Shown piece by piece: positions 49,919 through 58,992 of a stretch of DNA of 64,000 nucleotides (position 1 is its first letter; every line of letters starts with the position of its first letter). The translations under genes were made by a program, and so were the position numbers. The notes beneath the pieces were generated by a model. The model ran no database searches. It saw nothing but the letters and a program-made list of their open reading frames with translations, and had not been told where the DNA came from. Source of the stretch: an uncultured Chloroflexia bacterium (GTDB taxonomy: Bacteria > Chloroflexota > Limnocylindria > Limnocylindrales > CSP1-4). Where the stretch lies: assembly GCA_963704145.1 (NCBI GenBank), contig CAVPHB010000002.1, positions 67,878 to 131,877 on the forward strand, read 5' to 3'.

Positions 49919-50356
49919 GTGCAGGTGGACGGCCTCGACGCCGCGCGTTCGCTCCTGGACGACTGCCTCATCTGCTACGTCCGGGACTATGCGCGTGACT
50001 TCTTCGATGGCCTCGCCACACTGGGCATCGGCGCGGCGGCGGCGGCCGGCGCAGCTGCCGGCACGGTAGCCGGGACGGCCACCCGCGCGGTGGGCGCCGC
50101 TCGCGATTCGTTCGGCTCGGCCTACCAACATTCGCAGGTTCACGATCCCAACAATCCATACGACTCCGACTCGCCGGCCCACGCCGACTACGACCGCAAG
50201 TCGCAGGATTGGAAGGACAGTGGGATCCATCCCAGGTATTGGCCTGACGCACCTGTTGCGGGCGACACTGGCGTCGGGCCACACAAGGACTGGTGGGCGG
50301 GACCGCAGAGCCAACCCGGCACCCCCAGGTACTTCGGCGGCGTCCGGCAGGATTGA
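49919..50356 (+). CDS. Hypothetical protein with Gly/Ala-rich hydrophobic segment
   Basis: GTG start. Its stop overlaps the next gene's start (TGATGA). No family motif recognised. Confidence 0.4.
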   Translation: MQVDGLDAARSLLDDCLICYVRDYARDFFDGLATLGIGAAAAAGAAAGTVAGTATRAVGAARDSFGSAYQHSQVHDPNNPYDSDSPAHADYDRKSQDWKDSGIHPRYWPDAPVAGDTGVGPHKDWWAGPQSQPGTPRYFGGVRQD

Positions 50357-51498
50357 TGAGCGCCCTGCGCCGCATGCCGACGTGGCAGCTGATCTCGCTG
50401 GTCGGCGTCGCACTGGCCCTGCTGCTGATCGTTCTCGATTTCGGCTTCTTCCTGCGGCCGGGGCCATTCGAAACGCTTGTTGGTCTGGGACAGCACCTCT
50501 TCGTCCTGGCCGTGCTGCTGGTGATCACCGCGAGCACGCGAACGGTGTCGATCCCCTCCCTGGGCGCCTTCTGGCTGGTAGGGGTGTTCCCGGTTGTGCT
50601 CTTCGTCCTCGCGCTGACCTGGATCCCGGCCGATGTGCTCGGCACGAGCGGGAGCTCGCTGGTCCCGACCGTGATCGTCCCGATCGTCGACGTGGTGGCC
50701 TACCTCCTGCCGGTCGCGGCGTACTACTTCTTCGTCGGTCGCGGGAACAACCTCCAGCCGGCGGCCTCTGACGGCCTGCTCATCGGTTTCGCGGTCGGTG
50801 CCGGCTACGCCTTTCACGAGGATGCCTTCGTCGGGGAGCTGGCCAATTCGGGCAATGGCTGGTTCGCGACCCAGCCGTGGAGCCTGCTCGTGCCGACCAT
50901 CTCGCCGATCGGCGCCGACGGCCTGGGCCTCAACCACGCGCTGTGGGCAGCCCTGTGTGGGCTCTCGCTCGGAATCGCCATCCTGTACCGGCACCGCCGG
51001 TTTGTCTGGGCCATCGCCCTGGTTGGGCCCGTCCTGGCGGTACTCAACCACGGGCTTTTCAACACGCTCGCCGTCGATCCATTCCTCTTCGTCGGCCGCG
51101 GCGCGATGCCCCCGGTGGCGGAGCTCGTCAACCTGGTGACGGTCGGCGGCAAGCTGCCCCTGCTGACGCTCTTCCTTGGCGCGATCGTCGTCGTGTTCCT
51201 AGAGTGGCGGATGCTGGGCTGGGTCGCGGCTCGGGTGCCGAGATACCCGCAGGTCTCCCTGGTGACGCTCGGCCGCCTTCTGACCCAGGCGCGGAGCTCA
51301 GCCGGTGTGGCACGCTTCCTGGCGGCCAGCCGCTATGCCCGCTTCCGGCGGCTGGTGTACTTCGCCGCCTGGCGGGGCGAGCGCGCGGGGGTGGATCCAA
51401 CTGAGGCAGAGATCATGCTCGGTGGCCTCGCCGGATTGGCCGAGCGAGCCGGGCTCCGTGATCAAGCACCGCAACCAGCCGCCTCAGCCGAGACTTGA
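50356..51498 (+). CDS. Polytopic membrane protein, PrsW-like intramembrane protease candidate
   Basis: About 8 TM helices. GFAVGAGYAFHEDAF and GLNHALWAAL resemble PrsW-family motifs (from memory, unverified). Confidence 0.45.
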   Translation: MSALRRMPTWQLISLVGVALALLLIVLDFGFFLRPGPFETLVGLGQHLFVLAVLLVITASTRTVSIPSLGAFWLVGVFPVVLFVLALTWIPADVLGTSGSSLVPTVIVPIVDVVAYLLPVAAYYFFVGRGNNLQPAASDGLLIGFAVGAGYAFHEDAFVGELANSGNGWFATQPWSLLVPTISPIGADGLGLNHALWAALCGLSLGIAILYRHRRFVWAIALVGPVLAVLNHGLFNTLAVDPFLFVGRGAMPPVAELVNLVTVGGKLPLLTLFLGAIVVVFLEWRMLGWVAARVPRYPQVSLVTLGRLLTQARSSAGVARFLAASRYARFRRLVYFAAWRGERAGVDPTEAEIMLGGLAGLAERAGLRDQAPQPAASAET

Positions 51499-51565
51499 GC
51501 GGCTTTCTGACCAGCCGGTCTGCCGCCGGGCGCGGAGGACCGCAATACGTGGACAGGAGGAGCAT

Positions 51566-51958
51566 ATGACGCGCTGGCATTACGCCTGGCTGACGGACCA
51601 GCCCCAGGCGACGATCGGCTTCAGCCATCCACAGCCCGGCCTGGCGGCCGAGCTGACGGCCAGCCTGGGCCCGGTCATCCTGCCCCAGTCAACCGAGTGG
51701 TCGATCGCCCTTGACCGATCACGCGTCAACCTGGGCTATCTGTCCGGGCTGCTGGGCGACCGCGGCTGGGAGATGTTCTCGGTTGAGACGCGACTGCAGC
51801 CGGGGGCGATGACGCCCGCGCAGCTGCAGACAAGTTGGTATTTCAAGCGGCCTGCCGCCGACCAGCCTGCCGCCCAGGCTGTAGCCGCTCAGCCCGCCGC
51901 TCAGCCCGCCGCCCAGCCCGCCGCGCAGCCCGCGGCGCAACCGGCCGCCGAGCCGTAA
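51566..51958 (+). CDS. Small hypothetical protein (DUF4177-like core) with AAQP repeat tail
   Basis: GGAGGAG RBS. WHYAWL...LGDRGWEMFSVE...WYFKRP core, then (A)AQP x5. Confidence 0.5.
   Translation: MTRWHYAWLTDQPQATIGFSHPQPGLAAELTASLGPVILPQSTEWSIALDRSRVNLGYLSGLLGDRGWEMFSVETRLQPGAMTPAQLQTSWYFKRPAADQPAAQAVAAQPAAQPAAQPAAQPAAQPAAEP
51887..51946 (+). repeat. 12-bp in-frame tandem repeat (gc[tcg]cagcccgcc, about 5 copies)
   Basis: Read directly. Encodes AQPA repeats. Confidence 0.85.
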
Positions 51959-52024
51959 CCCTCGCCCCCACGCCGGGCGGGGAACCATCTGGTTGTTCGC
52001 CGGCGGATACCGTCGCCGGCTGGG

Positions 52025-52609
52025 CTACTTGGTGACCGTTGCGGTGTAGTAGGCGGCCAGGATCTGGCTCGCCGACCAGCCGTGCTTGGCGCACTTGCGG
52101 GCCGAGCGCACATACAGCCGGTAGCCGCCGTTTTCGGCGCAGCCCACGTCGGCGCCGCGCCGGTAGCCGGTCATGGGCAGCTTGCCGTCGCGGTACAGCC
52201 GCCACGTCCAGGTGGACCGGACGGCGCGCCAGACGCGGGAGGGGATCTGACTGGCCGCCTTGCTGGCGTAGAGCTGGTCGGCAGTCGAGTCGCGCACGTC
52301 GAAGCACTCGCCGTTGTACTTGCCGCCCCGCCAGTGCAGGACGTGGTACCACGCGTACTGCTTGACGGCGACCGCTCCAGCGCGGCGCAGCGCGTGCTGC
52401 TTGACGTTCCACTCGCGCGACACGACGCGCGCGACGTAGAGCTTGAAGTCGACCGTCTCGACGCGGCCCTCCGTGACGCGATAGACGCGGATCTCGGGCG
52501 GCGGCTCCGTGGTCGACGACCAGTCCGTGCACGACCCCTTCGCGGCGGCGACGGGCTGCACGGGCATGGCCAACGGCACAACAAACAGGCTGGCGACGAG
52601 GGCCAGCAT
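52025..52609 (-). CDS. Secreted SpoIID/LytB-domain-like protein (paralog of 17638-18447)
   Basis: Signal peptide MLALVASLFVVPLAMPVQPVAA. FKLYVARVVSREWNVKQHALRRAGAVAVKQYAWYH and MTGYRRG...GYRLYVRSARKC are collinear with the other copy. Confidence 0.6.
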   Translation of the reverse strand: MLALVASLFVVPLAMPVQPVAAAKGSCTDWSSTTEPPPEIRVYRVTEGRVETVDFKLYVARVVSREWNVKQHALRRAGAVAVKQYAWYHVLHWRGGKYNGECFDVRDSTADQLYASKAASQIPSRVWRAVRSTWTWRLYRDGKLPMTGYRRGADVGCAENGGYRLYVRSARKCAKHGWSASQILAAYYTATVTK

Positions 52610-52759
52610 CGCTGGGGCGATGCGCACGGCTGTCCTCCTGTAGCAACAGTAGTCTACCCCGGGCAAGGGCCATGCGGCCCCGGCGGCCCCGGCGGCCCAG
52701 GTCGCACGCCGGCCTGGGCCAGACATCCAACCGTGCCGAGAGGCGGTCAGGTCGGCCGG

Positions 52760-53503
52760 CTACGCCACTCGATCACGCGCGTGGCGTCGACGTTCGCGCC
52801 ACACGAGGCCCGCTTCGGCTGGCGGTTCGGATCCTGTTGTCAGAGCACCGATCCAGCGCCGCGACGACCCTCGGAACCGCGCCGCGAACAGTTCCGGATA
52901 CTGGGCCAGGGGCTGTCGATTTCGACGGGTCGCACGCACGATCCAACAGCTGAAGACGGCGTATGGCGCGCCATGGCCGATGGAGATGGCGAGCGCACCG
53001 GCTTCGGCCCGCTTGCGGTCGGAAGAGCGGATCGACGCGTTGATGTTGCCAAACGTGTTGACGCATTCGACCAGGAGGAGCCTCCGGTTCGCATCGTCGA
53101 TCAGGCCGACATCCGTGGAGAGGGATGGGTCGGCCGGTTTGGTGGGCATCTCGTACGTGCGCCGGTAGCCAGCCGCCCGACCAATCCTCAGCGCGAGCTC
53201 CTGTACGGCCAGGTGACCAGCGTCGGCCGGCTCCTGGCGTGCATCGCGTCCCAGTTCGACCGTGAATGGGAGACCGAGCACGAGCGCAGCCTTCTGCCGT
53301 ACCAGGAGCGACAGCGCGCCGCCCTCGCCGCGCTCGATCCGGCTGACGGACGACTGCGACACGCCGGTCAGCTCGCCGAGCCTGCGCTGCGTCCAGCGGC
53401 GCCGCCTGCGGGCCTGGCGGACCTTGCCGCCCTCGCGCAGCAGGAATTGCCCGAGCTGGCGGGCGGCCTCGGCGTCGAGTTTCGAACGTCTACGGTTCCC
53501 CAT
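52760..53503 (-). CDS. XRE-family helix-turn-helix regulator with uncharacterised C-terminal domain
   Basis: WTQRRLGELTGVSQSSVSRIERGE HTH. The C-terminal ~150 aa (DVGLID...LLLVECVN) are unassigned. Confidence 0.65.
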   Translation of the reverse strand: MGNRRRSKLDAEAARQLGQFLLREGGKVRQARRRRRWTQRRLGELTGVSQSSVSRIERGEGGALSLLVRQKAALVLGLPFTVELGRDARQEPADAGHLAVQELALRIGRAAGYRRTYEMPTKPADPSLSTDVGLIDDANRRLLLVECVNTFGNINASIRSSDRKRAEAGALAISIGHGAPYAVFSCWIVRATRRNRQPLAQYPELFAARFRGSSRRWIGALTTGSEPPAEAGLVWRERRRHARDRVA

Positions 53504-53794
53504 AGTCCGCGCACTATTGGCCTCGGGGCATCAGGCGCCATTACCGCCGGCTTTGCGCTGGATTCGTTGCTGCCCGGCGCCGCTGTCGTGCGCAGGCCCG
53601 CCCGGCAGTCACGGGCCGAATACGGCGGACGTCAGCGACCGGCCGAGCCCGCAGCTGAACGCGGTGACGAGGCGGCTCCTGCAGAGGTAGCAATGCGTGG
53701 AATACAGGGCGGCTCATCTGGCCGCGGTGGCATGAGTAGTGCGGACGGGTGGTGCGACGGGCGCCTAGACGGACGCCGGGCGCGGGACGTCCGC

Positions 53795-54247
53795 CTAATC
53801 CGGCCGGCGCGGGACGAGCAGCGTCCAGTCCTGGGTCAGCACGGGCACGCCATCCTGGCGCAGCGTGCTGATGCGCAGCACGAGGTAGCCCCGGTCAGTG
53901 TGGCTGCGTGACGGTCGCACCTCAAGCACCTCGGCCTGGGCACGCAGGCGATCCCCGGCGCGTACCGGCTGGAGGAAGCGCAGCCGCTCAATGCTCACGC
54001 CAACGATCGACTCGCCCCCGAAGAGCGCCGACCTGACCATCAGGCGCATCGTGACCGACAGCGAATGCCAGCCACTTGCCGTGATCTCGCCGAACGGCCC
54101 GCGGGCGGCCGCCTGGGGGTCGAGGTGAATCGGCTGCGGGTCGTACTCGGCCGCGTACTCCGTCAAGCGCTCGGGCGTGATCTCGTATTCCTCGGGCGAG
54201 ATGATCACCTCGCCGACGCTGAAGCCGTCGAGGTAGCGGCCGGCCAC
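53795..54247 (-). CDS. MaoC-like (R)-specific enoyl-CoA hydratase / hotdog-fold dehydratase
   Basis: YAAEYDPQPIHLDPQAA....GEITASGWH is the typical MaoC dehydratase motif region. Confidence 0.75.
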   Translation of the reverse strand: MAGRYLDGFSVGEVIISPEEYEITPERLTEYAAEYDPQPIHLDPQAAARGPFGEITASGWHSLSVTMRLMVRSALFGGESIVGVSIERLRFLQPVRAGDRLRAQAEVLEVRPSRSHTDRGYLVLRISTLRQDGVPVLTQDWTLLVPRRPD

Positions 54248-54453
54248 CGGTTGATTATCAGGCGTGGGATTCGGACCGGCATTCCCAGCTCGAGATGCGG
54301 TGGTCCGTCACATGCGCGCTCGGTTACTCGTTCCGATGGTCATACTCGTCGCTGCCTGCGGCTCGACCGCCGCATCGCCCACGTTTGTCTGGCCGGGGCG
54401 GCCTTCAGCGTGTGCGCGGGGAGCCCAGCTCAACCTTGCGCGTGCCCGGCCGC

Positions 54454-55470
54454 TCACGTCGCGACGCGCGAGCTGCCCCGTCTGATCCGCCGCGTTGGCG
54501 AGATCAACTGGGTCGTCGCGAGCGTCAGGCCCACGCCCAAGGCGAGAAAGGCGAACGCCGAGCGCGGCCAGAATGCGTCGCGCGGCGGATTCGCGTGATC
54601 GAACCGCTGGCCGCTGACGGTCGAGATGTACGAGCAGGTGACGCTGTAGCTATCCGGGATCGCGGTGCAGCCGAGGTCGACGACGGCCACGATCGGATTC
54701 AGGAGCACGATGATTTCTGGCGCATGCGGCTCGATGCCGCCGTCGCGGGTGATCCGCTGCGACGTCGCGAGAAAGTAGGTATGGAGCACGAGTGACCCGA
54801 TCGTCAGCGCAAAGACGATCAGGTACGACAGGGCGGTCGCTATCTGGGTTCGCTTGAACAGCGCCGATACGAACAGACCGATCGAGCCCACGCCGATGGC
54901 CACCGCGAACAGCAGCACGTATGCCCGTACGACATCCTCCGGCGCAACACCGCCGAAGGCGAAGACGATGCTCATCAATGGGACGGAGGCGACGATCAGG
55001 ACGAGGACGTAGGCCAGCGACGAGATCAGCTTGCCGGCGATCAAGCCCAACGTGCTGACCGGGGTCGTGATCAGGAGCTCGAGCGTCTGCTTCTCGCGCT
55101 CGATCGAGATCGCGCCGCTCGTGAGCGCCGGCGCCAGGAGGAGGGTGAGCACTGTCTGGACGACGAGGATGACGGTGAAGATGGCCTGTCCGATAGTGGC
55201 CGACACGGCCCCGGACACGAACTCGGGCGACACGAAACCGCCGTCAAAACTGCTTTGGACCACCGCCCGGTCGTACATGAAGCGGTAGACGGCGAAAACG
55301 AGCAGAGCGAGCAGCGCGAGATAGATCGTCACGATCACGAATGCGCGGCGACCACGCATCCGACCGCGGGACTCCTTGGCGAGCACGGCTGACACGCTCG
55401 CCCACAACGTGCGCAACACGCCTGGCTCGTCGACAGAGGGCTCGTTCGAGGCGGCCGGTTTGGTGGTCAT
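54454..55470 (-). CDS. ABC-2 type transporter permease
   Basis: Six-plus hydrophobic helices. Start overlaps the upstream ATPase gene stop. Confidence 0.7.
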   Translation of the reverse strand: MTTKPAASNEPSVDEPGVLRTLWASVSAVLAKESRGRMRGRRAFVIVTIYLALLALLVFAVYRFMYDRAVVQSSFDGGFVSPEFVSGAVSATIGQAIFTVILVVQTVLTLLLAPALTSGAISIEREKQTLELLITTPVSTLGLIAGKLISSLAYVLVLIVASVPLMSIVFAFGGVAPEDVVRAYVLLFAVAIGVGSIGLFVSALFKRTQIATALSYLIVFALTIGSLVLHTYFLATSQRITRDGGIEPHAPEIIVLLNPIVAVVDLGCTAIPDSYSVTCSYISTVSGQRFDHANPPRDAFWPRSAFAFLALGVGLTLATTQLISPTRRIRRGSSRVAT

Positions 55471-56423
55471 GCCGCGGGCGCCTCATTGGCACCCGTGATC
55501 TGCAGGAAGAGCTCCTCGAGGTCAGACGCGACGGGAGTGAACGAAGCGACACGATGGCCATTCGACATCGCGCGATAGAGGACGGCCGCCGCCGCGCCCT
55601 CGTCTCCGGGCAACGCAAGCTCGAGACGACCTTCCGATAGTGCGGTCACCGACACGACCTCGGGCTGGGCAGCGAAGAAGTCGTGAGCCGAGCTCCATTC
55701 GTCACTTTGGCCGAGGATGCGCGCCCTGATGACCGACCCTTGGCGAAACCTGGCCTGAATCTGGTCGACCGATCCGGCGGCGAGGACACGGCCGCGGTCG
55801 ACGATGGCGACGGCCGTACAAAGTTCTTCGAGCTCGGGCAGGATGTGGCTGCTGATCAGGATCGTCTTGCCCATCGCGCTCAGTTCGCGGAGCAGCTCAC
55901 GCAACTCGGCTCGAGCTCGCGGGTCGAGGCCCGACGCAGGCTCATCGAGCAGGAGCACCCGCGGGTCGTGCACGAGTGCGTGGGCGAGGCACAGCCGCTG
56001 CTGCATTCCGCGGCTCAGTGATTGCACGTAGTCGTCTCGCTTGGCGGTCAGATCGACAAGCTCGAGCAGGTCGTCGATCATCGGCCTGCGCCTCGCTGCC
56101 GACATGACGTAGACACGGGCAAAGAAGTCGAGGTACTCCCACACGCGCATGTCGTCGTAGACGCCGAACGTGTCGGGCACATAGCCGATGATTCGTCGGA
56201 CCGCGTTGGGCTGGCGGCGGATATCCCGGCCGCAGATCAGAGCCTCGCCGGCCGAAGGCTCGAGCAGCGTGGCGAGCATGCGCAACGTGGTCGTCTTGCC
56301 GGCGCCGTTGGGGCCGACCAGGCCGAAGATCTCCCCGGCGGCGATCTCCAGGTCGACGCCGATGACTGCCAGCGTCTCGCCATAGCGCTTGGTGAGGCCG
56401 CTGATCTCGACCGCCGCCGTCAC
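55467..56423 (-). CDS. ABC transporter ATP-binding protein (ABC-2/DrrA-like)
   Basis: GPNGAGKTT, LSRGMQQRLCLAHAL and LLLDEP. Confidence 0.9.
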   Translation of the reverse strand: MTAAVEISGLTKRYGETLAVIGVDLEIAAGEIFGLVGPNGAGKTTTLRMLATLLEPSAGEALICGRDIRRQPNAVRRIIGYVPDTFGVYDDMRVWEYLDFFARVYVMSAARRRPMIDDLLELVDLTAKRDDYVQSLSRGMQQRLCLAHALVHDPRVLLLDEPASGLDPRARAELRELLRELSAMGKTILISSHILPELEELCTAVAIVDRGRVLAAGSVDQIQARFRQGSVIRARILGQSDEWSSAHDFFAAQPEVVSVTALSEGRLELALPGDEGAAAAVLYRAMSNGHRVASFTPVASDLEELFLQITGANEAPAA

Positions 56424-58912
56424 TCGACAGTGCCCTCGAGCCGGGCGCTGAACGTGAATTGCGCGTACTCGTCGCGCCCGCGCACCACGAAGCGGACACG
56501 GAACGCACCGGACTCGTCGACGTACCGCGCGGGGTCAGTCACGACGTACGCGCGCGACCGCGCGACCGGCTCGAACTCGATCCACGTCCGCGCCACGCGA
56601 TCGAAGAGCTGTAGCCGGGGGATGTTCGGAGCTCTGTCGTCCGGCCGCGGGTCGGTCGCCAGCGGTTGCTCGGGATCGGGCTGCTCGTCGGCCGGCAGCG
56701 GCACGAGCGCTTCGCCGGTGGCGGCCGGCGTCTCGACCCGGTCAACCCCGAGCCGCAGTGACATTCCGGTCACGTCGAACGAACCAGTGAAATCAAGGGG
56801 GCGGTAATCGACGGCGATCGTCCCCCGGCTGAGGTAGAACCCCGCGCCGTCCTCGAACGCCTCAGCCGCGTCGATGGAGACGTCCGAGTGCTGGATGAGT
56901 CCGCCCGAGAACACGACGGGCCCGCTGACGCTGGCACGGGCGTGGAGCACGTAGAGCCTCTCGCCGACGTGCTCGGCAGGGGCGCCGACATCAATATCGA
57001 GCGTGCTGCCGGAGCGCCAAGCGAGGACGACCGGGCCGCTGGCGAACGGCGGGACGGCCGATGTGCCGGGCCCCTCGTTCCAGCCCCCGCCCAATTGCTG
57101 GATGATCGCGCGACGAGCCGCGACCGTTCGAATCGTCGAGGGGTCCGTTCCAGCCGCGGTCGGAAACAACCGCCACGAGAGTGGCTGCTCGACCACGTCG
57201 GCGCGCAACGTTGCGAGCCGGACGGTCCGCACCGCACCGGGCAACATGTCGCCGACTGTCTCGGCCGCGCTTCCATAGACCAGGCTGACGTCGGCGAGCG
57301 TGTCGGCCGACGAGTTGGTGAGCGTGCCCTCGAGCGTCCCGTCGACGAGCGTGAGGGCCGCATCGATGCGCGGCGTCGTCGCCATCGCTTCTGCTTTGAA
57401 CGCACGCAGGGCGCCGAACCCGATCCCGTAGTGACGCACGGTCGCCGGGTCGCCGAGGACAACGTCGAGCGGTCGCGCAAGCGACGGTTCGCCCCGGTTG
57501 GGACCAGCAGCCAGTGCCGAGATCAGGGCGCCGCCCCCGACGTTGACGTTGAAATCGCCCCGGTTCGGCGAATAGACGCCGACGAAGACCTCCGCCAGCC
57601 CGCGGTCTGCTCCGGCAGCGCCGTGAACGATTGCGAGTTCGTTGATCACGACGTTCGCACCTCGGAGCGCGACGCCAAAGCCGTAAGCGGCGACGGCAAA
57701 GGCGACGATCGTCGCCGGCATCGTCAGCCAGGCCCATTCGCGACGATCCCGACGCCGCAGCAGAAGGTAATTGAGCGGACCGATGGCGACGATGTACGCC
57801 ACGAACAGGACGAACACGAGGTCGAGCCGCGGGAGCTGGGTGGCGGGGAGGTTGCTCAGCGCACTGACCAGGAACTCGTCACCACCCGACCGCGCGGGAT
57901 CCGTCGATCGAAGGCTTGAGGGCATGACGCGCGCCCAAAGGCCGCTCGCGGTCGTCGAGCCGGCGAGCCACGGTGTCGCCGGATCGAGCCCGACGAGAGC
58001 CACCGTCCCCTCGCCGTAGTCGCTCCGAGCCGCAACGACGACATCGCCGCTGCGTGCCAGCGCGACGCCGCGCTCAAGCAGGCCGCTGAGCGCCGGCATC
58101 GGAGCCGCGGACGCGGGCAGGCCGCCAAGAAAGGTCTCGAGGTCCGCAACGGGCACCTCGATCACGTTCACCGGCCGATAGGGCAGCAGATCGGCGGGGA
58201 AGGCGCCGAGCGTCGCGACACCGGTCGACCCGCCCAGGATCACCAGGTGGCCCCCGGTGATCGCCCAGATCTCAAGCGCAGCGAGTTGCTCGTTGCTCAG
58301 CCGGTTCGAGTCGACGTCCTGCCAGACGAGCACGTCGATCGATGACCAGACCTCGACCCGCGGCGGTAGATCCTCGGGCGCAAGGGTGACGATGTCAGGT
58401 GCCGTCTCACGACCCGCGGCGGCGGCGGCGCGGATGGACCCGAGGAGACGTTCAGGGTGCTCGGCAATCAGATAGACGCCGGGCGCGGCGCCGTCATTCG
58501 CGGCAACCGGCACTTTCACGCTGCTGACGACGGACCCACCACTCACGAGGTCGATGCGGAGGCGGTTCCCGAACGGGCGAACCTGACCGTACAGAAGGTG
58601 CTCCTGGCGCGCGCCTGTCGCGAGCTGGACGGGCACGCTGAACGTCGAGCCGCCAACGGAGTCAGACGACATGGTCAGCTCGCCATCGACGACCGGCCCG
58701 TCGTTCTCCAGCTTCACGCGCACGGCGCCCCACGATCCCGATCGGAAGCTGCCGCCGAGCATTGGCACGGCGGACATCGACACCGACGAATTGGGCGTCG
58801 GCTCCGGAGTTGCGCCGCGCGTGCTCTCGGGAACGACAACGCTGCCAAGACCGACGGCCAACGACAGACCCGCGAGGAGCGCGAGCACACGGACGGCGGC
58901 CAAGCGGATCAT
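56420..58912 (-). CDS. Large (830 aa) secreted/membrane-anchored hypothetical protein co-transcribed with the ABC-2 exporter
   Basis: N-terminal signal peptide and two or three central TM helices (VFVLFVAYIVAIGPLNYLLL, ATIVAFAVAAYGFGVAL). Intact frame. No family recognised. Confidence 0.6.
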   Translation of the reverse strand: MIRLAAVRVLALLAGLSLAVGLGSVVVPESTRGATPEPTPNSSVSMSAVPMLGGSFRSGSWGAVRVKLENDGPVVDGELTMSSDSVGGSTFSVPVQLATGARQEHLLYGQVRPFGNRLRIDLVSGGSVVSSVKVPVAANDGAAPGVYLIAEHPERLLGSIRAAAAAGRETAPDIVTLAPEDLPPRVEVWSSIDVLVWQDVDSNRLSNEQLAALEIWAITGGHLVILGGSTGVATLGAFPADLLPYRPVNVIEVPVADLETFLGGLPASAAPMPALSGLLERGVALARSGDVVVAARSDYGEGTVALVGLDPATPWLAGSTTASGLWARVMPSSLRSTDPARSGGDEFLVSALSNLPATQLPRLDLVFVLFVAYIVAIGPLNYLLLRRRDRREWAWLTMPATIVAFAVAAYGFGVALRGANVVINELAIVHGAAGADRGLAEVFVGVYSPNRGDFNVNVGGGALISALAAGPNRGEPSLARPLDVVLGDPATVRHYGIGFGALRAFKAEAMATTPRIDAALTLVDGTLEGTLTNSSADTLADVSLVYGSAAETVGDMLPGAVRTVRLATLRADVVEQPLSWRLFPTAAGTDPSTIRTVAARRAIIQQLGGGWNEGPGTSAVPPFASGPVVLAWRSGSTLDIDVGAPAEHVGERLYVLHARASVSGPVVFSGGLIQHSDVSIDAAEAFEDGAGFYLSRGTIAVDYRPLDFTGSFDVTGMSLRLGVDRVETPAATGEALVPLPADEQPDPEQPLATDPRPDDRAPNIPRLQLFDRVARTWIEFEPVARSRAYVVTDPARYVDESGAFRVRFVVRGRDEYAQFTFSARLEGTVE

Positions 58913-58992
58913 CGCCCTTGCCGACGGCCGGGCGTCGTCACGTGTGCCGCATGAGCAGCATCACCCGGGAAGGATGGCCAAATCCAACGGCA

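Noticed and set aside
54312-54485. Small + strand ORF with a lipoprotein-like signal (MRARLLVPMVILVAACGS) between the MaoC and ABC-2 permease genes.
   Set aside because: It is only ~57 codons, has an Arg/Pro/Ala-rich C-terminal half and overlaps the permease 3' end. There is no RBS or conservation evidence. It may be a remnant.
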